Positions 15,270-24,000 of a DNA stretch of 24,000 nucleotides are shown here, piece by piece (the first letter of the stretch is position 1; every line of letters begins with the position of its first letter). The stretch lies in NCBI GenBank assembly GCA_018713725.1, contig DVOJ01000014.1, forward strand, positions 39,839 through 63,838, in the 5' to 3' direction. Under the pieces are notes generated by a model, which was given only the letters and a program-made list of their open reading frames with translations, ran no database searches and was not told the origin of the DNA. The translations under genes were made by a program, and so were the position numbers. Origin of the DNA: Candidatus Caccopulliclostridium gallistercoris (lineage in GTDB: Bacteria; Bacillota; Clostridia; Christensenellales; UBA1242).

Positions 15270-16382
15270 CTACCTCCTAACCACATCTATACTGCCATCA
15301 GCTAGCGTTACTAACAAATTCTCCCCTACGCTTGTTTCTTCCACGCTCGTTATAACCTTATCACCTTTACTTACTTTTGCATAGCCAAGCCGCATTATTT
15401 CTTTTGGGTTTAATTTTGAAAGCTTGGCAGTTTTTAGCGACAACATATATTCCCTTTCATTTAAAAAACTTTCTTGAACATTATATAGAAGTTTTAAATT
15501 GTGCACAAATTTAATTTTCAAACCGTTATACAAGTTAGAAGCCGCCCTAGAAAGCCTAGATATTTTATCTATTAAATTATATCTTTTAGACAAAACGTCT
15601 TCCGTAACTAGTTCGGCTGCCGCACTAGGCGTTGGAGCTCGCAAGTCTGATACAAAATCTATAATAGTAAAATCCGTTTCGTGCCCTACTGCAGAAACTA
15701 CGGGCTTATTAGCTGCAAACACCGCTCTTGCAACAACTTCCGTATTAAACGGCTGCAAATCTTCAAGCGAGCCACCGCCACGAGCAACTATCATAACGTC
15801 TACACCATCGTAGTCTGAAAAGAAGTTAATACCTTTAACTATGCTAAGCTCTGCCATAGCACCCTGCACTTTTACTGGATAAAGTACAATATCAACATTT
15901 GGATTTCTTCTTTTTACAATGTTTATAATATCTTGAATTACAGCACCAGTCTCCGAAGTAACCACACCTATTCTTTTAATGCTCTTGGGGTCTATTATCT
16001 TTTTATGTTTAGAATCAAAAAGCCCTTCGTCTTCTAGCGTTTGTTTAAGTTTTAAAAACTGTTCAAACAAATTTCCCATGCCGTAAGGCGTAATTTTATT
16101 TACGTTAAAATTTAGCCTTCCGCCCTTTACGTAATATCTAGGGCTTCCGCGAACTATAACCATATCGCCGTTTCGAACAGACTGCAAATTAGCACCATCA
16201 AAACAAACGCAAGAAAGAAGTGCATTTTCATCTTTTAAACTAAAATACGCTATCCCCCTAGATATAGAAAAATCGGAGACTTCTCCAAAAACACTTATGT
16301 TTTGCAAAAGTTCTTCCGCATCAAAAATTTGTTTAAAATACGTTGAAATCTGAGTAACCGAAATTGCCTTTTCTTCTATCAT
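15270..16382 (-). CDS. xseA: Exodeoxyribonuclease VII large subunit
   Basis: ISVTQISTYFKQIF, GEVSDF, YFSLKDENALLSCVCF, RIGVVTSETGAVIQDIINIVKRRNP, ARGGGSLEDLQPFN, SAVGHETDFTIIDFVSDLRAPTPSAAAELV. Start probably at 16382 rather than 16403. Confidence 0.95.
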   Translation of the reverse strand: MIEEKAISVTQISTYFKQIFDAEELLQNISVFGEVSDFSISRGIAYFSLKDENALLSCVCFDGANLQSVRNGDMVIVRGSPRYYVKGGRLNFNVNKITPYGMGNLFEQFLKLKQTLEDEGLFDSKHKKIIDPKSIKRIGVVTSETGAVIQDIINIVKRRNPNVDIVLYPVKVQGAMAELSIVKGINFFSDYDGVDVMIVARGGGSLEDLQPFNTEVVARAVFAANKPVVSAVGHETDFTIIDFVSDLRAPTPSAAAELVTEDVLSKRYNLIDKISRLSRAASNLYNGLKIKFVHNLKLLYNVQESFLNEREYMLSLKTAKLSKLNPKEIMRLGYAKVSKGDKVITSVEETSVGENLLVTLADGSIDVVRR

Positions 16383-16383
16383 A

Positions 16384-16770
16384 TTATTTAACAACCTTTG
16401 CAAGTACGCCGTTTATAAAGCTACCGCTTTTATCTGTGGAATATTTTTTGGCAAGGTTTAAAACTTCGTTTATAACAACAGCAGGCGGAGTTTTTACAAA
16501 CTTTATTTCACTAACCGCAAGATATAAAAGAGCTAAATCTACCTTATAAACCCTATCTAACTCGTAGCCTTCGCAGCATTCTTTTACCGTCTCTTCCACA
16601 TATTTACTGTTGTCTTCAAAAGCCTTTATAAGCTCGTTATAAAAAGCTAAATCTTGCTCGTTTAAAGCCTTCTCTTCGCTTATTGCATTAAAAGACAGAG
16701 AATCATCTCCGTCCTTAAAAAGTTTTTCAAATATTATCTTAAAAGCAAACTCACGCGCGTCTGTACGCAT
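16384..16770 (-). CDS. nusB: Transcription antitermination factor NusB
   Basis: REFAFKIIFEKLF-type N-terminus, RVYKVDLALLYLAVSEIKFVKTPPAVVINEVLNLAKKYSTDKSGSFINGVL. Confidence 0.92.
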   Translation of the reverse strand: MRTDAREFAFKIIFEKLFKDGDDSLSFNAISEEKALNEQDLAFYNELIKAFEDNSKYVEETVKECCEGYELDRVYKVDLALLYLAVSEIKFVKTPPAVVINEVLNLAKKYSTDKSGSFINGVLAKVVK

Positions 16771-16779
16771 ACCTTCCCC

Positions 16780-17151
16780 CTAAACCACAACTTCTTCCTT
16801 AAATTTTACATCAACTATATGGACGTTGACCTTAGATGCCTTCATGTCCACCATAGACGCAATGTTATTCTTTACGTTTTCTTGCACCCTATAAGCTATG
16901 TCTGGAATGCTGAAACCGTTATAAACTTTTATATAAACGTCTACAAACAAATTTCCATTTTGGTCAAAGTTTACCTTAACGCCGTCAAAACCCTTTTTAG
17001 AAAATAGTTTTGCTATTGGGTTTTTAAATTTATTTGTAAGTGCTGCCACTCCGCTTATTTCCTTTGTGGCAAGATTTATTATAGAAAGCAGTATATTTTT
17101 ATTACAAGTTATTTTGCCTTTGTTTGTATAATCCTTTTTTATCTCTGCCAT
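16780..17151 (-). CDS. Asp23/Gls24 family envelope stress response protein
   Basis: NILLSIINLATKEISGVAAL...GFDGVKVNFDQNGNLFVDVYIKVYNGFSIPDIAYRVQENVKNNIASM pattern, upstream of nusB as usual in Clostridia. Confidence 0.9.
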   Translation of the reverse strand: MAEIKKDYTNKGKITCNKNILLSIINLATKEISGVAALTNKFKNPIAKLFSKKGFDGVKVNFDQNGNLFVDVYIKVYNGFSIPDIAYRVQENVKNNIASMVDMKASKVNVHIVDVKFKEEVVV

Positions 17152-17168
17152 ATAATCTCCTTGCTTGA

Positions 17169-17198
17169 ATTATATCATATATTCAAATTTTTAATCAA
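17169..17198 (-). promoter_or_regulatory. Candidate promoter of Asp23-nusB-xseAB unit: TTGATT (17198..17193) - 18 nt - TATAAT (17174..17169), TGA-extended
   Basis: Hexamer reading on minus strand. Confidence 0.65.
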
Positions 17199-17230
17199 GC
17201 GTTTTTCAAATAAATACATTTAAATAGCAA

Positions 17231-17269
17231 AAGGCTAAGGCAGTATTTTTACCTAACTACCCTAGCCTT
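17231..17269 (-). terminator. Hairpin (probable terminator) after spoIIIAH
   Basis: Minus strand AAGGCTAGGGTAG ... CTGCCTTAGCCTT pairs over 13 bp with two G-U wobbles, followed by a short weak U stretch. Confidence 0.6.
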
Positions 17270-17287
17270 GTTTTATACTCTTTAATT

Positions 17288-17761
17288 TTATTCAACTGGT
17301 ATTACTTTAACCATATTGGAAGTGTAATCTGTGCTATCTTTAATAAGCTTTAAGATTTGATTTGCTTGTTCAAAGGTAAGTTCTCCAGATTTAACTATTA
17401 CGTTTATATAATTTGTGGAGGTTGTTACTATTGCATCTTGATAGCCTAAACTTTTAATTGAGTATTCAAGTGCAAGGTCAGATTCCATTTGTTCCATAAG
17501 CGCAAGCTTTGCAGCTTCTGCCTCGCGTTTCCCTTCTTCCGTAGTATCTGCACTTGCTATCATAGCATCGTAAGTAGCAAGCATTTCTTCACGTGTAGCG
17601 GCCCTATCCGTTCTATAACTATCAAAATAGTTATAAGATGTAATATTGCTTCCACCAGCATCTACCACCCTGTTATTTAAAGCTATGTTTAAATAACCCG
17701 TAACACCAAGAAGCACCACCATTGCAACTAAAATAATAATTTTTGTCCTTTTCTTTAACAT
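17288..17761 (-). CDS. spoIIIAH: Stage III sporulation protein AH
   Basis: N-terminal TM plus YNYFDSYRTDRAATREEMLATYDAMI...SIKSLGYQDAIVTTSTNYINVIVKSGELTFEQANQILKLI. Last gene of the IIIA operon. Confidence 0.93.
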   Translation of the reverse strand: MLKKRTKIIILVAMVVLLGVTGYLNIALNNRVVDAGGSNITSYNYFDSYRTDRAATREEMLATYDAMIASADTTEEGKREAEAAKLALMEQMESDLALEYSIKSLGYQDAIVTTSTNYINVIVKSGELTFEQANQILKLIKDSTDYTSNMVKVIPVE

Positions 17762-17778
17762 AACACTCTCCTTTATTT

Positions 17779-18180
17779 TTATTTCCCAACTAATATTTCT
17801 ATATTAGTAGTAGGCAAATTTAGTAAGGCTTCACACGCCTTTAAAATTTCCAGCTTAACCTTGTAGTTATCCGCTCCGCCAGCCACAACTATAACAGAGC
17901 TAATTTTTGGCACTACGCCGCTTTCAAGTTCCGCACCTTCCGCAAGCATAACCATAACTTCAACATTTCCTGCCCCGTCTATATTTGAAAGCACGTTTTC
18001 TAGCCTGTTTTCAAGTTCATATGCGTATCCGCTTCCAGAAGTCTCTTCATAAGCCTTTCCTGTGTTTATAGTTGTTAAGTAAAGCGTAAGAAGAATAATT
18101 CCAAAAAGCACGGCGACTAGTATTTCAATATGTTTTATACTTTTTAACTTTTTAAACATTTTTTCAAAAAAGTTACTCAT
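17779..18180 (-). CDS. spoIIIAG: Stage III sporulation protein AG
   Basis: Position in operon; YELENRLENVLSNIDGAGNVEVMVMLAEGAE, VVAGGADNYKVKLEILKACEALLNLPTTNIEIL. Confidence 0.92.
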   Translation of the reverse strand: MSNFFEKMFKKLKSIKHIEILVAVLFGIILLTLYLTTINTGKAYEETSGSGYAYELENRLENVLSNIDGAGNVEVMVMLAEGAELESGVVPKISSVIVVAGGADNYKVKLEILKACEALLNLPTTNIEILVGK

Positions 18181-18649
18181 TGAAAATAATAATCACCTCC
18201 TCTCCTACAAGCCGATTAACTACTTCGGTTATCGCTTTCTCTATATCTATATGTCCAGAATTTTCATCTATTACTAAATCAGATAAATCGACATTAACTT
18301 CCAAAATTTTCATTTCAATTTGAAAGATATCTGCATTAATAGTAACTACCACATTTTTTATACCCTTCTCTTCTAAACTAGAAGTTATCTCTTCTTCTAA
18401 CGCCGTGAGTTTATCTCTATTTACTTGATAGATATAGTCTTCTTGTAAAACAATTTCTTCGCTTTCAAAAATGTCGTTCACATTGAAGTTCCCTTTAATT
18501 AATGCTGGAAGTGGAGAAATTATGACAAGTATCATAACAAATGCAAATATGTTTTTTATGTACTTTGCAGTTTGTCCGCTAGGCAAAATTAAATCTACAA
18601 CCACTGAAAGTATGGTAACTCCTGCAATAGATAAAATCCACGCGGTCAT
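18173..18649 (-). CDS. spoIIIAF: Stage III sporulation protein AF
   Basis: Position in operon; ILSIAGVTILSVVVDLILPSGQTAKYIKNIFAFVMILVIISPL. Confidence 0.92.
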   Translation of the reverse strand: MTAWILSIAGVTILSVVVDLILPSGQTAKYIKNIFAFVMILVIISPLPALIKGNFNVNDIFESEEIVLQEDYIYQVNRDKLTALEEEITSSLEEKGIKNVVVTINADIFQIEMKILEVNVDLSDLVIDENSGHIDIEKAITEVVNRLVGEEVIIIFNE

Positions 18650-18661
18650 ATATCTCTCCTT

Positions 18662-19846
18662 TTATATAAAGTTTCCCGTGCTAATAATAAGCCCCATAAA
18701 AATTAAGTACATAAACGCAACGCCAATAATAAGCACAATAGGCATTATTAAGCTTTTTGCCACACCATTAATAAAGTTAGAAATTCTTGAATCAGTTAAG
18801 GGCTCTAAAATGCCAGCTGTAAGTTTTAAGCAAAGCATTAATAACACAATTTCCACCACTGGCACAATTACGCTAGAAAACATCAAGAGTAACCCACTTG
18901 CGCCAATTGCGTTTTTTATAAGAATAGAGCTTGCCATTATAACGTTAAAGCCTTCGGATAAATATCCGCCAAGAATTGGAATATAGCTTCTAATAGCATA
19001 TTTTGCCGTACGTATAGACACTGTATCTAAGCTGCCAGCAGTAATTCCCTGAATAATTAAAAAGCCTATAAAAATTGTAAAAACAGCGCCTGTTATCCAT
19101 TTAAATAAACTATTAAAGAAATTAGAAAACTTTTCAAGTTTTACCGATGGCGATAAATTCGAAATAACAGTAAACACAAGAGAAAATATAAATAGTGGCA
19201 TAAGCACTAAGGTAAATATTTGCATTATAGTGCCAGAAAATAGTGCCACAGCGGGCTGATATACACCCACAGACGCCGTTCCACCAATTGCGGTTAGAAT
19301 TGTTAATAGTATTGGAAAGGCTATGTCAATTTGCTCCTTTAACCCTTGAAGCGTACTAGAAGTTAAAGTTAAAACGTTAGTACAAGCACTTACCACTAAA
19401 ACAATAATTACGCCATAGCAAACAAAATGAGTTATGTCGGCAATAGATTTTGAATTTGTTCCCCTTAAATCCCCTACCATGCCAGAAAGTATTGCAACAG
19501 CTATTATAGTAGCAATTAATGGCAAAAAATTTAAAAGTTCGTCAAATATAAGTTTTAAAATCGCTTCCCAAACGCTGCCAGCGTTGTCTGTAAACTCTCC
19601 ACTTAAAATGCTTTGAAGTTTTTCTATAAAACTAGTAGAACCGAATATTCCACTTTGCTGGCTGTTTAAATTACTTAATATACTTTCAAGTCCGCTTAGG
19701 TCCAAGTCTTCAAGCTGCCCGTTAACGTTATCTTCTATTTCACTAATAAGCTCTTCTTCACTTTCTGCGTAAGCTACCGTTCCAATATTAAAAAGTGGCA
19801 AACCAATTAAAAACGCTATGCTTAAAAAAATTAAGAATTTTTTCAT
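18662..19846 (-). CDS. spoIIIAE: Stage III sporulation protein AE
   Basis: Position, length (394 aa), multi-TM; FLFPVLLTLLTAIGGT-like FPILLTILTAIGGTASVGVYQPAVALFSG. Confidence 0.95.
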   Translation of the reverse strand: MKKFLIFLSIAFLIGLPLFNIGTVAYAESEEELISEIEDNVNGQLEDLDLSGLESILSNLNSQQSGIFGSTSFIEKLQSILSGEFTDNAGSVWEAILKLIFDELLNFLPLIATIIAVAILSGMVGDLRGTNSKSIADITHFVCYGVIIVLVVSACTNVLTLTSSTLQGLKEQIDIAFPILLTILTAIGGTASVGVYQPAVALFSGTIMQIFTLVLMPLFIFSLVFTVISNLSPSVKLEKFSNFFNSLFKWITGAVFTIFIGFLIIQGITAGSLDTVSIRTAKYAIRSYIPILGGYLSEGFNVIMASSILIKNAIGASGLLLMFSSVIVPVVEIVLLMLCLKLTAGILEPLTDSRISNFINGVAKSLIMPIVLIIGVAFMYLIFMGLIISTGNFI

Positions 19847-20226
19847 AACAAGCCCACCACTATTTCAACTATATTCGTAATAATAGGCATACTCATAAAA
19901 AGTATGATAATCTTTCCAGCAAGCAAAATTTTATCTGCCAAACTACTACTTCCCGTGTCAGCACAAATATTTGCCGCAAATTCCGTTAAATAGCCAACTC
20001 CAACTATCTTTAATACAATGGAAAACAAGTTTGAAGACAAGCCTGTTTTATCTACTATAACCTTAAACACGTCAAAAATTTGGGCGACGTAATCGACGAC
20101 CATTAAAAGTATTACAACGCCGCCGGCTATCATAATTATAGAAGCAACGTCAGGCTTTACCTGCCTAACAATTAAGCCAGCTATACACGTTATTAACCCT
20201 ATACCCAAAATTTTGAATAGATCCAT
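19843..20226 (-). CDS. spoIIIAD: Stage III sporulation protein AD
   Basis: Position; LIVRQVKPDVASIIMIAGGVVILLMVV...VGYLTEFAANICADTGSSSLADKILLAGKIIILFMSMPIITNIVEIV. Confidence 0.95.
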   Translation of the reverse strand: MDLFKILGIGLITCIAGLIVRQVKPDVASIIMIAGGVVILLMVVDYVAQIFDVFKVIVDKTGLSSNLFSIVLKIVGVGYLTEFAANICADTGSSSLADKILLAGKIIILFMSMPIITNIVEIVVGLL

Positions 20227-20234
20227 ATTCCCCT

Positions 20235-20435
20235 TTAAAAACTAAACAGTGTTTTAACCGTATTGAAGAGTGTTAAAATTAAGTTAAGCACCATAAGAAG
20301 AGAAATTATAAGCCCGGCGAGAGTTGTAAGCGTGGCAATTTCTTCTTTGCCGGAATGCTTTAAAACCTGTCCCACAACTGCGGTTAAAATACCCACTGCC
20401 GCAATTTTAAAAATAATATCTATATCCATTTTCAC
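20235..20435 (-). CDS. spoIIIAC: Stage III sporulation protein AC
   Basis: Position; 66 aa, DIIFKIAAVGILTAVVGQVLKHSGKEEIATLTTLAGLII. Confidence 0.95.
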   Translation of the reverse strand: MKMDIDIIFKIAAVGILTAVVGQVLKHSGKEEIATLTTLAGLIISLLMVLNLILTLFNTVKTLFSF

Positions 20436-20439
20436 TCCT

Positions 20440-20940
20440 TTAAAATAGTATTAAAGCTATTAGTAGCCCAAGAATTATACCTAGCTTTAAATAGAGCGTT
20501 CCATACTTTTTCTTTTCTTCCGTGCAAGAGTTTACTATCTCTTGAAATTTAATTTTGCTATTTTCTATCTGCTTAGTTTGGTTATAAACGTCAAGCTTTC
20601 CAAGCTCTGAGAAAAAACATAAAATCACGTGCTTTTCTTCGTCTTTTAAAATTTTTACATCTTTAAAAATCTCTTCGCTGCAAGCCTTACCTTCATTTAA
20701 ACATAGCGTGTATGAATCTAAAATTTTTTTTAGTTCTTTACTATTGCTATTAAACTCTTCTATAATCTTTAAAAGCTTGGCTTTTCCAAAGTTTATATCC
20801 GTATCTAATTTCTCTGAAAAGTTTATTAAACTTGTAAAAAGTTTCAGCCTTGCTATGTAAAATTTAGAAAGTCCATAACCTATATATCCGCAAATAAATA
20901 CTATAACTCCAAGTAAAAAATATTTCATTTCTACCTCCAA
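20440..20940 (-). CDS. spoIIIAB: Stage III sporulation protein AB
   Basis: Position between AA and AC; GYGLSKFYIARLKLFTSLINFSEKLDTDINFGKAKL, C-terminal YLKLGIILGLLIALILF. Confidence 0.92.
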   Translation of the reverse strand: MEVEMKYFLLGVIVFICGYIGYGLSKFYIARLKLFTSLINFSEKLDTDINFGKAKLLKIIEEFNSNSKELKKILDSYTLCLNEGKACSEEIFKDVKILKDEEKHVILCFFSELGKLDVYNQTKQIENSKIKFQEIVNSCTEEKKKYGTLYLKLGIILGLLIALILF

Positions 20941-21839
20941 ACAGCAAGCCTAGAAAAGTTTTCATTATAAACACCTTCTATTGTTCCGGGGCCGTTTCTT
21001 TTAGAAAGTAAAACATATCTATCAAATGTATTTTTTAAATCTTGAAAACCTTCCTTAGCTTTAAGTTCTTCTAAATTTCCTGCATGGATTGTAGCTATAA
21101 TTTTTACTCCACAGTTTCCCGCGTATTTTACTGCTTTTATATCTTCTTCTCCACCAATTTCATCGGTTACAATTATATGTGGGTTCATGGCTCTTATACC
21201 TTGCATAAATCCCGTTTTTTTGTCGCTAAAACTAAGCACGTCGGCAAACTTACCAACGTTTAGTTCCATTTTATCGCCTGCAATCTCCCCGCGTTCATCA
21301 ATTATTAAAACGTTGTAAGAGAGGTTTCTAATAGAAAGCTGATTTACAAAATCTCTAATAAAAGTTGTTTTGCCAGCCCCTGGTGGCGAGATAATTAGAG
21401 TATTTTTAACGCCTTCTTCGTCTACTAGGAAGGAGAATGCATCAAGTGAACAATTCTTAATTTCATGTGGAATTCTAATATTAATACTTGTAAAATTATT
21501 TAAGGTTTTTATCTCTCCGTTTTCAACAACAAGCGTACCGGAAATTCCAAGACGCTCCCCACCTTTTAATACTATAAACCCCTTTTTAAGTTCTTCATTT
21601 ATGGAATAAACAGAGAACTCACTTGCCCTAAAAATTATGTCTTCTATCATCTGTTTTGTAGCAATCAAGGCGCTGGATTCCGAAGTTACTAAACCGTTTT
21701 CTCCTAAAAAGTAAGCTTGCCCTTTTACAAAGGCTACAATAGGTTTGTCCATTCTAAGCCTTAACTCATTTAAATTACCATAGTTAAACTTTGTAGTAAT
21801 AATTGTATAAAGTTTATCTCCTAAAACGTCACCAAGCAT
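20931..21839 (-). CDS. spoIIIAA: Stage III sporulation protein AA (ATPase)
   Basis: Walker A PPGAGKTTFIRD, NVLIIDERGEIAG, VTDEIGGEEDIKAVKYAGNCGVKIIATIHAG. SD GAGGTG. Confidence 0.96.
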   Translation of the reverse strand: MLGDVLGDKLYTIITTKFNYGNLNELRLRMDKPIVAFVKGQAYFLGENGLVTSESSALIATKQMIEDIIFRASEFSVYSINEELKKGFIVLKGGERLGISGTLVVENGEIKTLNNFTSINIRIPHEIKNCSLDAFSFLVDEEGVKNTLIISPPGAGKTTFIRDFVNQLSIRNLSYNVLIIDERGEIAGDKMELNVGKFADVLSFSDKKTGFMQGIRAMNPHIIVTDEIGGEEDIKAVKYAGNCGVKIIATIHAGNLEELKAKEGFQDLKNTFDRYVLLSKRNGPGTIEGVYNENFSRLAVWR

Positions 21840-21900
21840 AATTCACCTCTTTTGAAGTAAATTATTTTTGAAAACTGCCTAGCATAACAAAATCGCAAAA

Positions 21901-21932
21901 AAAAATACAATACCAAAAGATATTGCATTTTT
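21901..21932 (-). terminator. Intrinsic terminator of efp
   Basis: Minus strand AAAAATGCAATA-TCTTTTGG-TATTGTATTTTTTTTT, 12-bp A/U-rich stem with one G-U, then U tract. Confidence 0.65.
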
Positions 21933-21950
21933 AGACATTTTTTATAAATT

Positions 21951-22511
21951 CTATTTAACTCTTTCCATATAGGAACCGTCACGGGTATCAACTCTAATTT
22001 TGTCGCCCTGGTTAACAAATAACGGAACGCTGATTGTATATCCTGTTTCAAGTTTAGCTGGCTTGTAACCCGCCTTAGAAGTATCACCTTGAATTCCTGG
22101 TTCACATTCGGTTACCGTAAGTTCAACAAAGGTTGGTGGTTCTACGCTAAACGCTTCGCCGTTATAAAATTGAAGTGTTGCCATCATGTTTTCAGTAATG
22201 AAGTTCAAAGCATCTTCTACTTGAGACTTATTAAGTGGAATTTGGTCATAAGTTTCCATATCCATAAAGTAGTAAAGTCCACCTTCATTATAAAGATATT
22301 GCATTTCTTTCTTCTCTATAACTGCAACCTTAAATTTATCTGATGGGTTAAAAGTTCTTTCTTGAACTTGTCCAGTTACTATATTTTTAATTTTTGCTCT
22401 AACAAATGGAGAGCCCTTTCCTGGTTTTACATGTAAAAAATCTACTACTAAATAGATAGCTCCGTCCATTTCAAAAGTTACACCTTTGCGAAAATCTCCT
22501 GCTGTAATCAT
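21951..22511 (-). CDS. efp: Elongation factor P
   Basis: [61 protein letters not shown]-terminal [18 protein letters not shown]. Confidence 0.98.
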   Translation of the reverse strand: MITAGDFRKGVTFEMDGAIYLVVDFLHVKPGKGSPFVRAKIKNIVTGQVQERTFNPSDKFKVAVIEKKEMQYLYNEGGLYYFMDMETYDQIPLNKSQVEDALNFITENMMATLQFYNGEAFSVEPPTFVELTVTECEPGIQGDTSKAGYKPAKLETGYTISVPLFVNQGDKIRVDTRDGSYMERVK

Positions 22512-22565
22512 AAAATCTCCTTAAATTAAAATCTAAAATAGTATAAACTAAAATAACTTTTCTGT

Positions 22566-23426
22566 CTAGTGTTTTTTTGCATTTTCATAAATATTTAGCA
22601 TTTTCATAGCGTCTTCCGCCATAAAATCCGCAGATTCACATATAATTGTAGGCTCTAACTTATAGTCTAAAAGAACTTCTGCAAGCAGTTCAAAATTAGG
22701 TCCGTACAGCTCATCGTCAAAATTCAAATGCTTTATTTCGCCCTTAGCAGAATATTGGATTTTTGAAAAGTGGATATGGCAATTTTTTGTTTTGAACTCT
22801 CCTAGCTTTTCAAAAGAAAGGTCGAAAATTCTTTTGTACTCATCTTTGGAATTAAACTTTCCTGCCGTTAAGCAATTCAAATGACCAAAGTCAAACGTAG
22901 GAATAAGCATTTCGTCTAATGTGCAAAAATCAATTATTTCTTCGGCGTTTCCAATCTGAGAAAACTTCCCCATAGTTTCTGGGCAAATATACTTGTTATT
23001 TAGGTTTATATCCAATTTTTTCAAGCTTTCAATGGTATTTATAAGGCGTTTTTTAGTTAACTCTAATGCTTCCGCCCTTTCCATTTTTCCCTGAGTTGCC
23101 AAATGCACAACTAAATGTTCTCCATTAAACCAATCCAAAAATTTTAGCCCGGTTAACACGTACATAAAAGATTTTTCCGCCATCTCATCAGAAGGGTTAG
23201 CAAAGTTTATGTAAAAAGGCGCATGAGCGCTAATTAAAATGTCGTTTTCCTTTGCTTTTTCGCCAAGTTTAACAGCGGTTTCTTTTGTCATATTGTAGCC
23301 TCTGCCAAAAGAATACTCGTAAGCCGTTAATCCCTTAGATTTTAGCCAAGCAGGCGCTTCTATGGATGATTTATGCCCTTCATCATAGAAAATTTTACTG
23401 TTACCAGATGGTCCAAACCTTATCAT
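22566..23426 (-). CDS. Endonuclease IV-like (AP endonuclease family 2, TIM barrel) protein
   Basis: ISAHAPFYINFANP, HLVVHLATQGK, YICPETMGKFSQIG, FDFGHLNC, CHIHFSK, IICESADFMAEDAMKM. Confidence 0.85.
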   Translation of the reverse strand: MIRFGPSGNSKIFYDEGHKSSIEAPAWLKSKGLTAYEYSFGRGYNMTKETAVKLGEKAKENDILISAHAPFYINFANPSDEMAEKSFMYVLTGLKFLDWFNGEHLVVHLATQGKMERAEALELTKKRLINTIESLKKLDINLNNKYICPETMGKFSQIGNAEEIIDFCTLDEMLIPTFDFGHLNCLTAGKFNSKDEYKRIFDLSFEKLGEFKTKNCHIHFSKIQYSAKGEIKHLNFDDELYGPNFELLAEVLLDYKLEPTIICESADFMAEDAMKMLNIYENAKKH

Positions 23427-23429
23427 ATT

Positions 23430-24000
23430 TTACTCCTTTGTTAACTCATTTATATCTATAAGTTTATAATTCCCAGCCCTTAAATCTTCTAGCGTATAAG
23501 AATTTTCTATACATAATACACCACATTTTGTGCGTGTTATTGCATGTGTCATACCACATGTTGATAATCTTTCTGCTACGTCACGAACAATAGCTCTTAC
23601 GTACGTTCCACTAGAACAAGAAATTTTAACTTTAAAAGCATTCTCTTCAAGCTTTTCCAAAAGCTCTAAATTATATATTTCTATTTCCTTAGGCTGCAAA
23701 ACTACTTCCTTTCCTTCCCTTGCCATGTCACACGCACGTTTGCCGTTTATTTTTTTTGCCGAATACACCGGCGGAAGTTGCTGTTGTTTTCCGATAAACG
23801 TTTTTAACACATTTTTAAGCTCTTCTTCTGAAACAACTTTATTGTCAGTTCTAATAATTTCTCCGTCTAAGTCTAAGCTATCCGTTTCAACACCAAACTT
23901 AAATATGCTTATATATTCTTTATCTGAATTTAAAAACTTATCAAAAAGTTTAGTTGCCTTGTTTAAGCCTATAACTAGCACGCCATCTGCAAGCGGGTCA
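23430..24000 (-). CDS. truB: tRNA pseudouridine(55) synthase TruB (5' part beyond window)
   Basis: Minus strand reads DPLADGVLVIGLNKATKLFDKFLNSDKEY..., QQLPPVYSAKKINGKRACDMAREG, SCSSGTYVRAIVRDVAERL. Continues through the window end, so the ORF-track start at 23981 is internal. Confidence 0.96.
   Translation of the reverse strand, partial: DPLADGVLVIGLNKATKLFDKFLNSDKEYISIFKFGVETDSLDLDGEIIRTDNKVVSEEELKNVLKTFIGKQQQLPPVYSAKKINGKRACDMAREGKEVVLQPKEIEIYNLELLEKLEENAFKVKISCSSGTYVRAIVRDVAERLSTCGMTHAITRTKCGVLCIENSYTLEDLRAGNYKLIDINELTKE

Noticed and set aside
21874-21935. Possible 19-aa hydrophobic peptide MSKNAISFGIVFFFAILLC downstream of efp (minus strand)
   Set aside because: No SD, and its sequence is explained by the efp intrinsic terminator hairpin (21901..21932) and following U tract.
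21821-22105. Minus-strand 94-aa ORF overlapping the end of efp and the start of spoIIIAA
   Set aside because: Out of frame with both confident genes, spans the efp terminator, no family signal.
1-24000. CRISPR arrays, tRNA/rRNA genes, prophage
   Set aside because: No regularly spaced repeats, tRNA cloverleaf sequences, rRNA motifs or phage structural genes were seen by eye.

Overview
AT-rich chromosomal window from a spore-forming Firmicutes/Clostridia-type bacterium, mostly conserved housekeeping and sporulation genes. In window order: scpA (partial), an M50 site-2 protease, fabG-like, cmk, a divergent nucleotidyltransferase-fold protein, serS, a Xer-type recombinase, lexA, an MBL-fold hydrolase, a D-Ala-D-Ala carboxypeptidase, purine nucleoside phosphorylase, spoIIM-like, spoIVB, recN, argR, a membrane protein resembling OapA, a ~570-nt structured non-coding locus, xseB, xseA, nusB, an Asp23-family gene, the complete spoIIIAH-AA set, efp, an endonuclease IV-like gene and truB (partial). 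The standout is the ~666-nt gap between xseB and the OapA-like gene. It carries what I recognise as an OLE (ornate large extremophilic) RNA, minus strand about 15027..14460, with its own extended -10 promoter and a ~15-bp terminal helix pairing its two ends, followed directly by its partner protein gene oapA. Other observations: several promoter-proximal genes whose predicted transcription start falls on or next to the start codon (leaderless candidates), a degenerate CD-NTase/OAS-like pseudoenzyme between serS and cmk, an ArgR operator cluster upstream of argR, overlapping divergent promoters (serS/xer), and convergent genes with overlapping stop codons. All calls come from reading the sequence; no database search or folding program was run.
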